Part shown: positions 23,641-36,838 of the stretch, piece by piece | Numbering within the stretch: the stretch's first letter is position 1 | Layout: each line of letters opens with the position of its first letter | Source: Podarcis melisellensis | Lineage: Eukaryota | NCBI GenBank assembly: GCA_964234715.1 | Contig: OZ174275.1 | Reading direction: 5' to 3' (one strand) | DNA: 64,000 nt | Position numbers and translations under genes: made by a program | The notes under the pieces: model-generated | Told to the model about the DNA's origin: nothing | Seen by the model: only the letters and a program-made list of their open reading frames with translations | The model's database searches: none

Positions 23641-24764
23641 CTGATAAAAACAAAATAAAACAAAAAAGTACGAAGGCATCAGTTTTAAAATGTAGCAAAC
23701 ATTATCTTCACCTTTTCCTCAGAGGTTGTAATAGACAGGTAGAAAAAGCAGACCATCAAGTCCGCTTTATGCATATTATAAACAGCCAAGCAATCCTAGC
23801 TTACTCCATGGTGCTCCGTGTAAATGTAAATCCTACTCCCCATTTATGTATAGCTTTCATTTATTTAACTTTCTATTATAACCAGAGTTTTGCATATTCT
23901 CCCGTCTATTTCAAGACAAGAGTCCAGATCAAGAAACCATATTATCTATCTCCCCCCTCTCCCCAATTTCTTCATTCTTTCTCTGCTGCCAACACAATTA
24001 TACTCAAAAGTATCCATGTGGACAGAAAGGGTTGCATCCAGCTGAAACATGCTCAGAGCAGACCCACTGAAACCAGCGAACATTACTAAAGTCCATTGGT
24101 TTTAGTGAGTCTACTCTGAGTATGTTTTAGCTGGATAAAACCCAAGAAGCCAGATTCAACCAACCTAGTGCAAGGACTCCCACCAGTTCAATGGGGCTTC
24201 CCCCCTCCCCTTGCATTCCCCCCCACCTCTCCTAAATCTGCCTTGGAGCATCGAGAGAACCCACAGCCTAGCGCCCAGGAGGAGGAGAGAAGAGACTGAA
24301 CAAATTAGTATGATGTTGATTTTTACCCCAGCAATCTTGTGTCAAAACAGATTTATATAGATTTTTTATGTATTATTTGTTTTATGCTAGTATATAAGAT
24401 TTCACAGGCAATGAGAAATAGACTCCATATGAATGTCAGACCAAAGAAACTTGATCTTATGTGCAGTAGGCTCACTCCTCTGTGCCACTGCTTCTCAGGA
24501 AGAACTCCGTCACAACTGTTATAGAACTATGAATAGTTGTCTAATGGCTGCTGACTCTTTTGATCCTTTTTCCATATTAAAAAAAATGCATCATGAGTAT
24601 ATAAGCCATACAGAGCTAGAGTATAATCCAAATAAGTAAATGTTCTGGAAGAATTCTCACTGGTTTCAGGTTTAGTTCACAGAGCTTGCCTGAACATTAC
24701 TCTACATTCAGATCTAGACCACATAAAAAAAAAACAAACCATCCCATTTTCATTGGATACTTAC

Positions 24765-24869
24765 ATCACTGGCATTCAGGTAGGCCTTCTTAGCTCTAAT
24801 CAGGATTGGTGTGTCAGCGACAGTTACATACTTGTGCTTCAGCTTCTCATATTGGGATTTGTATTTATT
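24765..24869 (-). CDS. NEB: NEB exon 105 nt
   Basis: NKYKSQYEKLKHKYVTVADTPILIRAKKAYLNASD. Confidence 0.95.
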
Positions 24870-25263
24870 CTAAATTAAGCAGGGGGAATGGAAGAAAAAA
24901 TAAGTACACCAAGGTGCTCGTGCGATACAGCATTAACTGCATGCAACTGGGCACTTAAAAAGACACTCTGATGTATGAGTTAACTAAAGTAAATTTATTC
25001 ATCATGCCAACAATTTGTTTTTCCTTCCAATAAAGTCAGCTAGAGGCCTGCGGCTGGTATATTCACTGGCAAATTGCAAAGCATACCACCCTAATCTGCA
25101 GACAATCTCCCTGCCATTTCCATGTGTGCCCTTCCCTCCTCTGTGATGCTTGCCTAAATCAGCCTTCTCCAATGAGGTGCCATCCAGCTGTTTGGGGCTA
25201 CAGCTCTCATCAGCCCCAGACAGCAAGGCCAGCAGTCAAGGATGATGGGAACTGTAATCCAAT

Positions 25264-25552
25264 CAGGGGCAGAGGAAGGGGGTGCTGTGGGGACAGTCCA
25301 CCCCAAGTGTCACCACTGGGGGGGTGACAAAATGCCGGGCAGCACTCACCGCAGGGCCTACAGTGCGCCCAAGCCATGTGTCTCTCCTGGGAGTGACGTG
25401 GTGGCTCTGCGCTGCCCCAAATGGTCCGCCCGTTGCCTCCCCCTCAGCTGTAGGGCAGCTGAGTGGGATGAGACAGGCAGACTCCTCAGATGCCCCACGG
25501 AGCATCCTGCCCCAGCTGCCCCAAAGCGCCCAATCAGCTTGCTCCGCCGCTG
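25264..25552. mobile_element. GC-rich hAT MITE nested in an older MITE
   Basis: 8-bp TSD aatccaat; TIRs caggggcagaggaag / cttgctccgccgctg. Confidence 0.8.
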
Positions 25553-25846
25553 AATCCAATTACATATGCCAGATGACCTCTCACTTAAATGCCACCCCCG
25601 GAAATGAACAGTATAGAAGAAACCGAAACCTAAACAGGCAAAAAGTAAACGAATAAAAACAAAGCTAGATTGTGGCTTAACACATATGAATAGCATATTT
25701 AATAAAGATTCTGTAAAACAGTTTTGATAGACTGCATTGAATGTGTTTGCCAAACTCATTGTCTAATCTAGACTTTAATGGGCTGAAGTGTGAGGTGTTT
25801 GACGTAGTAATAAAAAGAAGAGAAGGAAAGGTGCTCACAGTCTTAC

Positions 25847-25951
25847 CTCACTGACCAAGTCCTTCACATGCTTAGCAAGTTTCAAGGCCGGTGTCTGATC
25901 CCCAGCATGGTGATGGGGTCTTTCCTTGGTTGCAAGTTCGACGTACAAGTA
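25847..25951 (-). CDS. NEB: NEB exon 105 nt
   Basis: YLYVELATKERPHHHAGDQTPALKLAKHVKDLVSE. Confidence 0.95.
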
Positions 25952-27642
25952 CTGGAGAAAGGGAAGAACCATAAATTGTCAAATTATGCTCCATACACAC
26001 AAGAGACCTTGGATATAAGCGATTCAGTCCTTCGCTCACTGCTTTTTGCAAACTGAATCAGTGTACTTTTCTTCCTGATTCAGTATATCCATTCTGACTG
26101 GCAGCACCTCTCTGAGGTCTCAAGAAGAAATACTTTATTGCCCTATTATCTTTAGATCATTTAATGAACGATGCTGATGAGACCTTCTGCACGCAAGGAA
26201 TGTGCTCTATCACTGAGCCACAGCCCCTTCAACTTTATTCCCCCCCCAATTAATTTTTATTGATTTTCAAAATTTTAACATCCAATTAATTCAAATTTAA
26301 CATAAAGTTTAAAAGTTGGTTTCCCAGCCCTTCACCCTTGATGCTTCTTCACCTACCCTCCTTGCTGCATCGTATAACAGTATTTTTATCTCTTTCCCAA
26401 TTAAGACAAATAACATTCCTGGAGGTGGCAGACACCCTGAATAATCTACTAGGTAATGGGGACAATTACAAAGCACAGGAAACAATCTAGGCTATGACAA
26501 AGGACAGGAAATGATTTGTAATTGTATCCACACAGTTTCAAAGCACATATTGATGGGAGGAGGAAGAGCTCTGAATATATCCATTTTGATGTGCTGAACA
26601 GATTCAACAGTGGTAGTTGGTGCTGCAGTCACATGGTGTAAGGTCCAGTAGGAGACGATACAAGATCTGGCAAATTCTTCATTCCTTATTGGAAATGAAG
26701 AACGGCCCTCCAGCTGTTTTGGGACTACAAAATGGCCCTCCAGTTGTTTGGGACTACAATACCCATCATCCCTGACCACTGGTCCTGTTAGCTAGGGATG
26801 ATGGGAGTTGTAGTCCCAAAACAACTGGCGGGCCGAGTTTGGCCACCACTGCCTTATGACTTTGACAACATTAGAAGAAGATCGGAGAACTGTGCCAGAG
26901 TTATGTTTTGATGAGGTTTCAGTAATATTACAGTTAGTGTTGGGGGAGAAATTCAGTTCAGTTAGTATTTTTAAGTGAAATTAACTAAATCTCGCTTCCT
27001 CAAATGGTACACAAAGCCAAAGACAGCTATCCTTTGAAAGCAGCACTTCACTGAATTTTGCAATGGAGTTTTCCTACCAAATAGTGGGCTGGTTCACACC
27101 CAGCACTAAACCAAACCATGGCTTAGCTCAACACACATAGGCATGCAGGTTCCCAGAGTGGAGATTGCAATTGCATTGCTCCTGTTCTGTTCCTGTGGCT
27201 GCCGTAAGCCAAGACATAGTTTGGCTCCATGTGTTATTTAAACCCAGGCTCAACATTGCAAAAACATGTGTCAAGAGAAATGTGTGCTAAGATGCTGACA
27301 TATTCATGCAAGGGCAAATTGAGGTGGAAATATGGAAAACTGGACTTAAGCTTGGAAATATGAGAAACAGACAGAAACCAAATCTGACAGATTCGTCCAT
27401 CCACCCCTAAGCGCAATGGAGGTTTATGCACATGTTGATTACCTATCAATATTTGCTAATTTGGGTGGAAACATTTGTTAAGGATATGATGCTATCACAA
27501 AGACAGCTTCTGTAATGAATGGGCAAGTGCAGATTGCTTTGTATCAGACGCCCCAGAAAATATCTAGAATGAGTTGTGCATTATTGAATGAGAATTCCAC
27601 ATGTACTATTCAGCTTTATTTCTGTTCAGTAATGGGTCTTAC

Positions 27643-27747
27643 CTTACTCTGTAGTTTTTGCCCTCTTTTGGCCCTGTTGAAATCTGGTGTATCAAGGATA
27701 GATGTGTACTTGGTCTTTTGTTCCTTGCCTGCGGCTCTGTACACAAG
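27643..27747 (-). CDS. NEB: NEB exon 105 nt
   Basis: LVYRAAGKEQKTKYTSILDTPDFNRAKRGQKLQSK. Confidence 0.95.
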
Positions 27748-28132
27748 CTAGAAAGAGAAACAACAATGCACTTTCGTCTTCCGTAGCCAACTTTACAGCA
27801 CAGGTGTATTAGAAAACAAAGAGAGTTAATAAGCTGACAGTGAGCAGAAGGAAGTCTGATATGGTTGACTGACAGACTCTGTCCTTACCTCTAACTGAAC
27901 TGGCATAAGCTTATCACATCCCATTGTCATTTTTACTGAAAGGAGATTATTGAAATTGCTGGATCTAACATAGCCACATCCATTACTTTCTGTGGTTCAA
28001 CTCTGAGTGAATCCGAGTTGAATATCACCCAATCTGATTAGAAGACTTGACCCTCCACAAGTGCTTTATGACAGAAAAGTCTACAAATTGCTGCATACAA
28101 GATAGTGTTTTGATAGCTTGGTGTTCTTGTGC

Positions 28133-28229
28133 GGGTTCCCCACAGGCACCTAGCTGGCCACTGTGAGAACAGGATGCTGGACTTGATGGGCCATTGGCCT
28201 GATCCAGCAGGTTCTTCTTATGTTCTTAC
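28133..28229 (+). mobile_element. CR1-like LINE 3' end
   Basis: gatgctggact...gatccagcagg...ttcttatgttctta tail; related piece at ~15375-15447. Confidence 0.6.
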
Positions 28230-28247
28230 ATTATGAACTTGGAGCTC

Positions 28248-28293
28248 CTTGGTATCTGAAGAAGTGTGCATGCACACGAAAGCTCATACCAAG
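28248..28293 (+). ncRNA. Minimal type I hammerhead ribozyme
   Basis: cttggtat-CTGAAGA-a-gtgtg(catg)cacac-GAAA-gc-TC-ataccaag: stem I, catalytic core, stem II, palindromic AGCT stem III. Confidence 0.75.
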
Positions 28294-28380
28294 AACTAAC
28301 TTAGTTGGTCTTTAAGGTGCTACTGGAAGGAATTTTTTTTGTTTTGACTATGGCAGACCAACACGGCTACCTATCTGTAA
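28251..28380 (+). mobile_element. Penelope-like element terminal-repeat fragment
   Basis: 12-bp TSD ttggagctcctt; cacgaaagctcatacc...taaggtgctactgg motif; same family as 52898-53102. Confidence 0.8.
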
Positions 28381-28503
28381 TTGGAGCTCCTTCGACATCA
28401 CTGCTGCCTCTCAGTGCCCTATTCCCATCCCAGCAAGTGGCAGCAAGTGGCAGCACCGCTAGTGGGTGCCTGAAGCTCCATACACACACCCTCCACCTCT
28501 CAC

Positions 28504-28632
28504 AGCTCAGTCAGTAAAGCATGAGACTCTTACTCTCAGGGTTGTGGGTTCAAGCCCCATGTTGAGCGAAAGATTCCTGCATTGTAGGTGGACTAGATGC
28601 TCCTTGTGGTTCTTTCCAGCTTTGCAGTTCTA
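28504..28632 (+). mobile_element. Squam3-like SINE
   Basis: agctcagtcagtaaagc A-box-like head, ggttcaagcc B-box, CR1-derived tail. Confidence 0.7.
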
Positions 28633-28871
28633 CTGCAAATCATAATCCTATTATTCTATATGCTGCTGGCTGTAAAACTAGCTCAGCCAAAATATTCTGC
28701 ATAGCATGAACCTTAACCATGGTCTCTTGCTAAAGAACAAAGAACTTCTCTTCATCTGCAAGTCTACTTTAGAGCAGCTGCCGTAGAAGTACACTTAAAA
28801 TGATCCAAGCATCCCTTTAAATTCACTTTAAAACATTTCAGTGCAGAAGGATTAAAGAACATCAAACTTAC

Positions 28872-28982
28872 ATCACTCAAATGGGTCTTTAGCTCCTGAA
28901 CGGTCCTGTAGACGGGAGTGTCCAGAACCACACGATATTTATCTTGTGACTTCTTTGCAGCTTCAGTGTAAACGTAATTAGA
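28872..28982 (-). CDS. NEB: NEB exon 111 nt
   Basis: SNYVYTEAAKKSQDKYRVVLDTPVYRTVQELKTHLSD. Confidence 0.94.
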
Positions 28983-30335
28983 CTGAAAAAGAAATGTGCT
29001 TGCGTCAAAAGAACATGCAGTCTCCATCAGCCCAACAATAAAACTTTGAATCCTAACAAAGAAGATTAATGAAGTCACAGCCCCTTGCTATAACTCCACA
29101 AGAATCTCTGGAATGTACAGGTTAACAGTACAACGTAAAACATCACTTTAGTTGCTTTGTAAGTGGGCCATAACGTAACATCCATTCAAACACATTAGGG
29201 TGGCTTCTGTAGAAAACATTAGAGTCAAGTCACTAAGCATAGAGCAACAACATCTTAAAATCTGCACCCATACATCCAGTAGCGAACCTTGGGGCCTCAA
29301 ATTTCAGTGGGATGCCAAAATTCCACATGCCCCTACTTCTTACCTTCCATTCTACATAATAGCTGTGGCACCCCATGCAACCATAATCTACCTCTGATAC
29401 ATCTGCTTCTCTATAGCTGTAAACAGGAAGGAAGTGGGGGAGGTGTGCTATGGAAGAGATACTAATCAGCACACACATTTGAAACTGTAGCTCATGATTT
29501 GGCACACAGTGGTTCTGTTAGTCGAGTTGTACCAGCAGAAACCAACACAGGAATGGGCGCAAGTCACATGTAGTTTGCAGGTGTTAAGTTCACTGATTGC
29601 ACACGCTTGCTACTTGCAAAGGACAGTGTCCATGTTCAGACATCATGGCAAGCCTGCTTACTATGCACAACCCAAATAAGCCACCTTTGCTCTTGCTCAC
29701 TCCTCCTAGCTTGTGCCAGGAGATAACAAACCATAATTCCAGAGATCATTGTTTTGTTTTGTTCCAATAAAGCACAATCAGTAAGCCAAGAACAAGCCTT
29801 AGCTAGAGCTCATGGTTTCCTGGGAGCAAAACAAACCATAAACCCCAATTTGGATGTAACAGGAAGCCAGGAATTGTGGAGCAAAGCACAGCAAAGTGGG
29901 ACTGATTTTGCTCATGCACAGTGTTTATGTCTTACCATGATGTGTGAACAGAGTCAGTGATGGGGTGGCACTTTTAGCTACTAATGAACATTATGACAAA
30001 GGACTGCTGTGGGATAAAGAGACCCAACACATCTAAACAAGCATAGGGCCTCACTTCCAAGAACAATGTCCACAGCATATCTAATGGCCGCACATAAACT
30101 TTGGTATGGCATTGCCTGGTCTGAACTCATGCCCAGCATAGTACAGTTCACAGTTTATAGTGGGAACGAACTTCACTTTTAAATATAAAAAGGTATAACT
30201 TAAATCAAGGCAAACCAACCAAACAGACAACAACAAAAAACCACTTGAAAATTGCAGTGTTTCACCTCTTGATTATTTGTCAGCAAAAAATTAAGGAGTC
30301 ATCCAACAGAGATAGTCATGAAAAAAGAAACATAC

Positions 30336-30434
30336 CCAGAGCTTGCGCAAATGTCGAGCACGGACCATATCAGGGGTATCATAGAGGAAGCAGCCCAGGC
30401 CTCTCAGCCACTGCAGATCAGTTTTATATTTAAC
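30336..30434 (-). CDS. NEB: NEB exon 99 nt
   Basis: VKYKTDLQWLRGLGCFLYDTPDMVRARHLRKLW|GTATGT. Confidence 0.94.
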
Positions 30435-30688
30435 CTGCCAAACAATGATAAGGATGTAATACCATATCTATTACATAAATAAACCATCATATTATGTGTT
30501 ATAATCATAGTGTTTTGAATAATTATGCAATAACTGAATAGTTTTAAAAGATGGCAAAGAAAAGATGATAAATAATATAGAATGTGTGCATGACACACAC
30601 ACACACACACACAGTGAGAGAAAAAGAGAGGGGGGGCCAAATAAGAGTAGGAATTGAGCCACTAATGCTACTAAGTCCAAAAGCTTAC

Positions 30689-30793
30689 ATCGCTTGTAAT
30701 CTCTCCAACGTAACGGTTATGTATTGTCTCCGGAGTATATGGCAAGGAAATCATGTGCCCCTGCATCTTGAAGAAGTCAGTCTTGTAGATCAG
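30689..30793 (-). CDS. NEB: NEB exon 105 nt
   Basis: LIYKTDFFKMQGHMISLPYTPETIHNRYVGEITSD. Confidence 0.95.
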
Positions 30794-30910
30794 CTGAGAT
30801 ACAAAAACAAAGGGGGTGGGTAAAGAATTAGGGTGATTTTTTCCCCATCACATCAGACATTAGTGGAATTTGTCTATTTATTTATTTTTAAATGTATAAG
30901 AGAGGCATAC

Positions 30911-31015
30911 ATCACTGATGGATTCCTGGTTCGTTTTCACTTGGCGAATTTCAGGCGTGTCGGGCGTGGTATGAATCTTATCCTTGTTTTTGTGATATAC
31001 TTCCCTATAGAGCCT
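30911..31015 (-). CDS. NEB: NEB exon 105 nt
   Basis: RLYREVYHKNKDKIHTTPDTPEIRQVKTNQESISD. Confidence 0.95.
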
Positions 31016-32013
31016 CTGTAACAAAAGAGAAGGAGTTCTTGCACATGGTACTGAAACCAATAAAACAAAAGACACCCTGATCTAGAATTCCATGGCCTGC
31101 CTACCACTGCTGGGAATCCTGCAGGCAGTACTTCTGCTCACCCGCCCATTCAGTTGGCAGAACATGCTGCTCTGCACCATCAGAGTGAGGCTGGCATTAC
31201 TCCATGAATGGAGGCCGGCATCTCAGCCCAATCCAATCCCCCAGTGCAAAAGAGGTTTGAACAGCAACAGCAATTTCTTAGGAGTAAGCCCCATTGAACT
31301 CAGTAGGACTTACTTCTGAGCAGGCATGTGATTGTGCTGCAAAGTCTACCTTTGACAGCGAACATTTGTTTTCTTTCTTGCAAAATAACTTCCTATTTCT
31401 TTTGCTGATTCAAGTAAGTATGCTCTTTTAATTTGCACTCTGGAGCAAAATGGTTAAGTTTTTGCCTGGTTATGGGATCTTCTCTGTTCACATTGTTGGC
31501 CAGTTTGGTCAGGCTCTAAGATTTCAATGAGAGTGACTAGAATTCACATTGGACACTGACCACCTGTAACAAGGCAGAAGCCTGGAAATATACTGACCTC
31601 AGAAGGGATAATACAACTACCATACATCTGTGTCTCTTTCCACCCAGACCCAGGTAGTGAATCAGGAAAGTTGTAGCAGCATTGCCCATGAAGAAGGAAC
31701 CAAAGAGTGTTTCACACTTGATCTCATGGGATCAGTGTAAGTGTGCCCCTTTCATTACATACCCCAATAACAAACATTTATAATAAGGGGAGAATCATCG
31801 TTCAAATTATATTTACATTTAAGTCATTAACTATAAAAAACTTACATGCTTATTAAGAGATTTTATAGCACATGGGGTCCTGAGTGTCTGACAAAATCAT
31901 ACCATGGTTTTATAATGAGTTGCATAAGATTCCAACAGTGATCTTATTTTTTAAATTTTTGCATCATCAAGTACCATATAAATGCCAGTTTCCTTAAATA
32001 CTATTCACATTAC

Positions 32014-32121
32014 CTCATTGAGAATTTTGTTGACTTTCCTTATGTTTACAAATGGAACAGCTTTGGGTCCAAAATTGTAACCTTTATCCTTGATGTGTTC
32101 ATAGACTTCCTTGTATTTCAG
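32014..32121 (-). CDS. NEB: NEB exon 108 nt
   Basis: LKYKEVYEHIKDKGYNFGPKAVPFVNIRKVNKILNE. Confidence 0.95.
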
Positions 32122-32515
32122 CTGAAATCATACAAAAAAAATTCAGAAAGGTATGTATTTTAGACACAATAGCTGTTTATAATAGAACCTAAAAATGAAG
32201 TCATACCATTTAGCAGAACATGAATATATACTTACATCCATGCTAACCTTTAAGGTATCTAGGATTGGAGTTAAGCCCTCTTGCCCATTTCCTGATACCT
32301 CCCCATTCCCTTTCGTTGCCTTATTAACACCCCCCAAGATCCTATGGTTTGGTTGCATTTTCCCATTTCTATGAAATAATATAAAATTTATATGGTCATG
32401 TTTTCAATAAGTATAATATTGCAACCACAATTTTTGTAACTGAACACGTATCTATTTATTCATGCAACTATATTTATTTGGAATAGTATGAGTTCAAAAA
32501 TGATCCACCACTCAC

Positions 32516-32623
32516 ATAACTGCCAAGGTATTGGGCATGTTTAGCATGCTTGAAACCAGGGGTATCTGGTGGGAGTTTGTATCCAGTGGGAAGTGCATGC
32601 CAGCCAGCTTTTCGGTAGAGACC
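32516..32623 (-). CDS. NEB: NEB exon 108 nt
   Basis: GLYRKAGWHALPTGYKLPPDTPGFKHAKHAQYLGSY. Confidence 0.95.
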
Positions 32624-32948
32624 CTGCCAAAGAAAAGAAAATTCATGACAATGTTTAAACACTGATTTTGCAATGAAGTGCAACACTATGAATACATTCC
32701 CACTCAATTAGGTATTGAGCATTCATTCTCATTTGCTTGGGGGTGGTTATATGATATTGTGTCAAGCGGTGGCTATCCCATATATCCTGTTGCTTTCCTT
32801 TCCACAAAAAGTCTAGGGTTGTTGTTGTTTTAATGGATTTGTTGCACAAGAACACCAATAATTGCTCAACTTGAATTTTCAAGTATGCACTTGAACCCCA
32901 CCCACAAAGCAGGAAAAATCTGGGGGTAGCTCCAGCTCCAGCACTTAC

Positions 32949-33056
32949 TTCATTCTGTATCCTGTAAGCATGAGTTGCCCGCTCCAAATCCACCGTCTTA
33001 TCTGTTGGAGTGTATTTCCCTTTGACATTGTGCACATAGTCATGGCGGTAAACGGC
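32949..33056 (-). CDS. NEB: NEB exon 108 nt
   Basis: AVYRHDYVHNVKGKYTPTDKTVDLERATHAYRIQNE. Confidence 0.95.
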
Positions 33057-33662
33057 CTAAGGAATATAGAAAATGTAAAACTGATGCTGAGTGATACAGC
33101 AAAAGCTTATGTGCTGAATATGAGCTGGGCATACATGTGGAGAAAGCAAAGTATCAGTAGTAACAGTAACAGTAATTTGTACCCTGCCCATCTGACTGGG
33201 TTGCCCCAGCCACTCTGGGCAGCTTCCAGCATATATAAGACCATAATAAAACATTATACATTAAAAACTTGAATGCTGGGGTAGAGGTAATGCACCATCC
33301 AACCACAGGGGTATTGTGGGGATTAAAGGAGGAAAAGTGAGAGCCAAGTACACCACTTTGAGTTCCTCAGAGAAAAAGGTGAGCCACCAATGCAATAAAT
33401 AACTAAATAATAAAACCACAAGTAAAATAGGAATCCACATACAACTGTAAACTGGATCTGGTGATTAAAGTGGGGGGAGGTAGCTATGAATGCTGACTGA
33501 ATCTCTGAACAGGATACACAGCCTACTAACTAATTGGCTGGTTTGATGTGCATTACTAAGGCACTGCTACTATTGTTAATGAGAGCGTAATTGAAATGTG
33601 GGGGAGGGGGGAGGAACAAATATTACAATGAAGCTGCGGTGAACCGAAATGGAGATCCTTAC

Positions 33663-33767
33663 CTCACTCAGATTCATGGCACTCTGGACATTCTGAACAT
33701 AGAGAGGCGTGTCGGTGACCACGGTGTAGTTGCTCTCCATTTTCTTGGCCTTTGACTTGTATTTCAA
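33663..33767 (-). CDS. NEB: NEB exon 105 nt
   Basis: LKYKSKAKKMESNYTVVTDTPLYVQNVQSAMNLSE. Confidence 0.95.
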
Positions 33768-34553
33768 CTACGAGAAAGAGAGAGAAAGCACCTGAACCTT
33801 CCCTTTCTCATTCCCACCACTGACTTTGTCAAATGTCCCACCCATTCGGCAACTTTTCTTAAGGCACTCCAACCAACCACTCCTCAAATATGCCAGATAT
33901 ACCTGGCAGCTGCCCTGAAATAAGAGCCTCTCCTCCAACTTCCCAAGAAGCTGAAGTAAAACTCCAGAAGAGGAAGAAGCAATAATAATAACAACAACAA
34001 CAATAATAAGGCTGCCACATTGTTTCAGTCTTGCCTTATCATCATCATCAAACCTTTTATTGGCATCACATACAAACATCCAAAACAAATCAATACAGAA
34101 TTACCACTTCCCCAGCGGCACAAAACATTATCACCTGACTATTGTATCCCGCGTTCAGTTAATTAGCAATTTAAAAATATATATCAAAGGAAATTGAAGA
34201 GAGGGGAAAGGAGATGTGTGTATTCCTAACTCCCCTGAATTCAGAGGAGATAATTAAGTTTATTGTTAAAGCAGTGGTACTTCTGCTTTTATAGTAGGGA
34301 AACCACAGCAAAAAAAATTAAAAACAAAAACAAATAGCAGGCTGTTGTATCATGTATGTTTTACTGAGTGGCAAAAGTGTGCAAGGCTGACTGACAAAAC
34401 TGCAGTCCGATATAAAATACATGAAGCAGACAGCAGTCAGTTTTCAATTCAACCTACTAACCATGCCCCCGAAAGAGCTGTAAGAGGAGCTTGAAGGAGA
34501 GCTGGGAAGGAAGCTTCAGAACGAAGCAATTTGCTATCATCAGTTGTACTCAC

Positions 34554-34658
34554 GTCATTACGAAGGTCATAGGCATGTTTGGCATGGAGAATTTCAGGGG
34601 TGTCCCAGACAAAGCAACCTATGCCTTTGAGCCAGTTGAGGTCATCTTTGTACACAAT
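34554..34658 (-). CDS. NEB: NEB exon 105 nt
   Basis: IVYKDDLNWLKGIGCFVWDTPEILHAKHAYDLRND. Confidence 0.95.
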
Positions 34659-35254
34659 CTAAGATAGTGGATTAAAAATAGAGAAGAGTGAGAATTTCAT
34701 AGCAAAACATAGCAAACATTCATTATACACAAATTAAGTAATTTAATCGTGATTGAAACTTTGCTACATAATGGAAACCAGCTTAGAGCATTAGCATTAG
34801 TTTCCATTGGCTGCCATTATGTTGTTCGATTTTCTAAGTACTCCTTTCTTCAGCAACCCGTTGTTTCCTCAGATTCCTGCTTTTCAGCCAGTTCCTATTT
34901 AGTCCTAGTAATACGACTTGTATTATGGTCAGTTTGATTCAAATGTCTGTCTGTCTGCACACAGATAGCAGGCGCATGATAAACTGAAAACGTTTGCTGC
35001 AAAAACTTCCAGATTGAAACTCTGAAAGGTTCTCTGTTCATTAAAAGCCCAATTAATTGTCCTTTTGAAGGCAAGCACCTCCTGCATCCACCAAACAGCA
35101 ATTAAAGGGGGGTGGTCTGACGCCCGTTGACAGGCAATGAACACAGCCTGTAAGCTTATAGATGTAGTTTGTCAACCATTAATGCTCCTTTTCCTGTCAT
35201 GTGCAAATATAATAGTTTTTCCAAAGGCAGACCTGGTATCATTTGCAGACTTAC

Positions 35255-35452
35255 ATCACTCAGCTGGTCGTTGACTTTCCGAGCAAGAGCATTGGCATGA
35301 AGATCTGGGATGTTGGCCCATTCATGGAGACGGATGCGATAATCGATTTCACTGACTTTCTTCTGAGTGCTCTTAGCTGACACTATGTCCACCATGTCTG
35401 GTGCAATATGGATTTTGGCCTTGTTCTTTTCATAGCCTTCTCTATATAAGCG
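35255..35452 (-). CDS. NEB: NEB exon 198 nt
   Basis: RLYREGYEKNKAKIHIAPDMVDIVSAK...KVNDQLSD. Confidence 0.95.
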
Positions 35453-36724
35453 CTAGGGTAAAATAGAATTATTATTATTATTATTATTACTACTACTACT
35501 GCTACTACAATTATTATTTCTTCTTACCCATCCTTTATCCTAAGGTCCCACAGCAGGTTACAACCATTTAAAATTATGTATTAAAAACAGTCTAAAACAA
35601 ATACAATACCAGGAGTTAGCTAACGACTAACAAACAATTCATGAAGTCATATCTGAGTAGGCCAGAATATTAGCTTCCAGTATTATTTTTATAATAATAA
35701 TGGGAAGCTTCTAATAATGGGGGGAAATATAAATAAGATATTAAACCATGCGAAGAGTGACAATCTGGAACAAGCATGACATCATAGGAAACTACAACTC
35801 TAAGAGGGGAAACAGCAGAGTGGAGTGCCTGCTTGACCCTTTTGGTTCCAGCTATTCTTCTGCTCAGAATCCCAGGCTTTTCCATCCGTAAGAATGGGGA
35901 AACCAACCCATAATGAAATCCAATGGCACCTGCCTCCTTTTAGAACAGATACCACTAATAGAATAGATTTCTCCTCCCACCTGCAGCTCTCCATGTGCCT
36001 TCAAAACCTGCTCTGGAGGGTTGGGAGAATGTCCGGAGCAGATTTAGAGCTTGGGATGGACTGCAAGGCAGGAGTTGGGAAGAAAAATTGGCATTGATGT
36101 CACACCTTGGAACTCTGTGTACCTGTACATTTAGTTTGGCCCTTAGTGATCTACATGCACTTGTGTGAATGAAGGTGACCTATATCAACATATTGTTATA
36201 GCTCCTGGGTAAATCACCCTTTGTTAAGCTGATTATCTGATACCTGCAATGATCAGCTGACATTCCCTGAATGGGTACAGCTTATGAATTGAAATTACTT
36301 TTCCCAACCCATCACCAAGTAGAGGGGCAGAAAACTATGGTGTTGCAGTTTGAGCAGTTAAGAGAGACAGAGAGTTGGAAGTTCTTCTGCTGAACTACGC
36401 CTGAGCAAGAAGCAGCCTGCAGGAGGCTACAGAAATCTGAGCAGTTGCTGTCTTTGTGAATCTGATGCATGACTCGTGGTTGTGCTGACCACTATGGCAG
36501 TCTATTGCTTCCAATAAGTTCTCCTCTGGGCAGAATAATTCTCCAGTGTGCTCTCTTCCAATGAACACTAAATCCTGTAGCACTCCCATCTCTTGGGGAA
36601 GTGAGGGGTGCTAAATAACATAACCTTTCAGTATCTAAAACCAGCTATTAATGGAAATAATCTGATTTTAAAAGTGTAAGTTGGCACTTTTCTTATTAGA
36701 TGTTATATCAGAAATAAACCTTAC

Positions 36725-36838
36725 ATCAATATTCAGCTTGCCAACCCTTAGGCATCTGGCAGTGTTGGGATCATCCTGAACCCCTCTGGGTAGAGTGTAA
36801 AGCGCTTTAAACCGATCATACTCCTCTCGATACTTTAC
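36725..36838 (-). CDS. NEB: NEB exon 114 nt
   Basis: VKYREEYDRFKALYTLPRGVQDDPNTARCLRVGKLNID. Confidence 0.95.

Noticed and set aside
28504-28575. tRNA gene
   Set aside because: Degenerate A/B-box head fused to a CR1-like tail, so a SINE; the same applies to the Sauria SINE heads.
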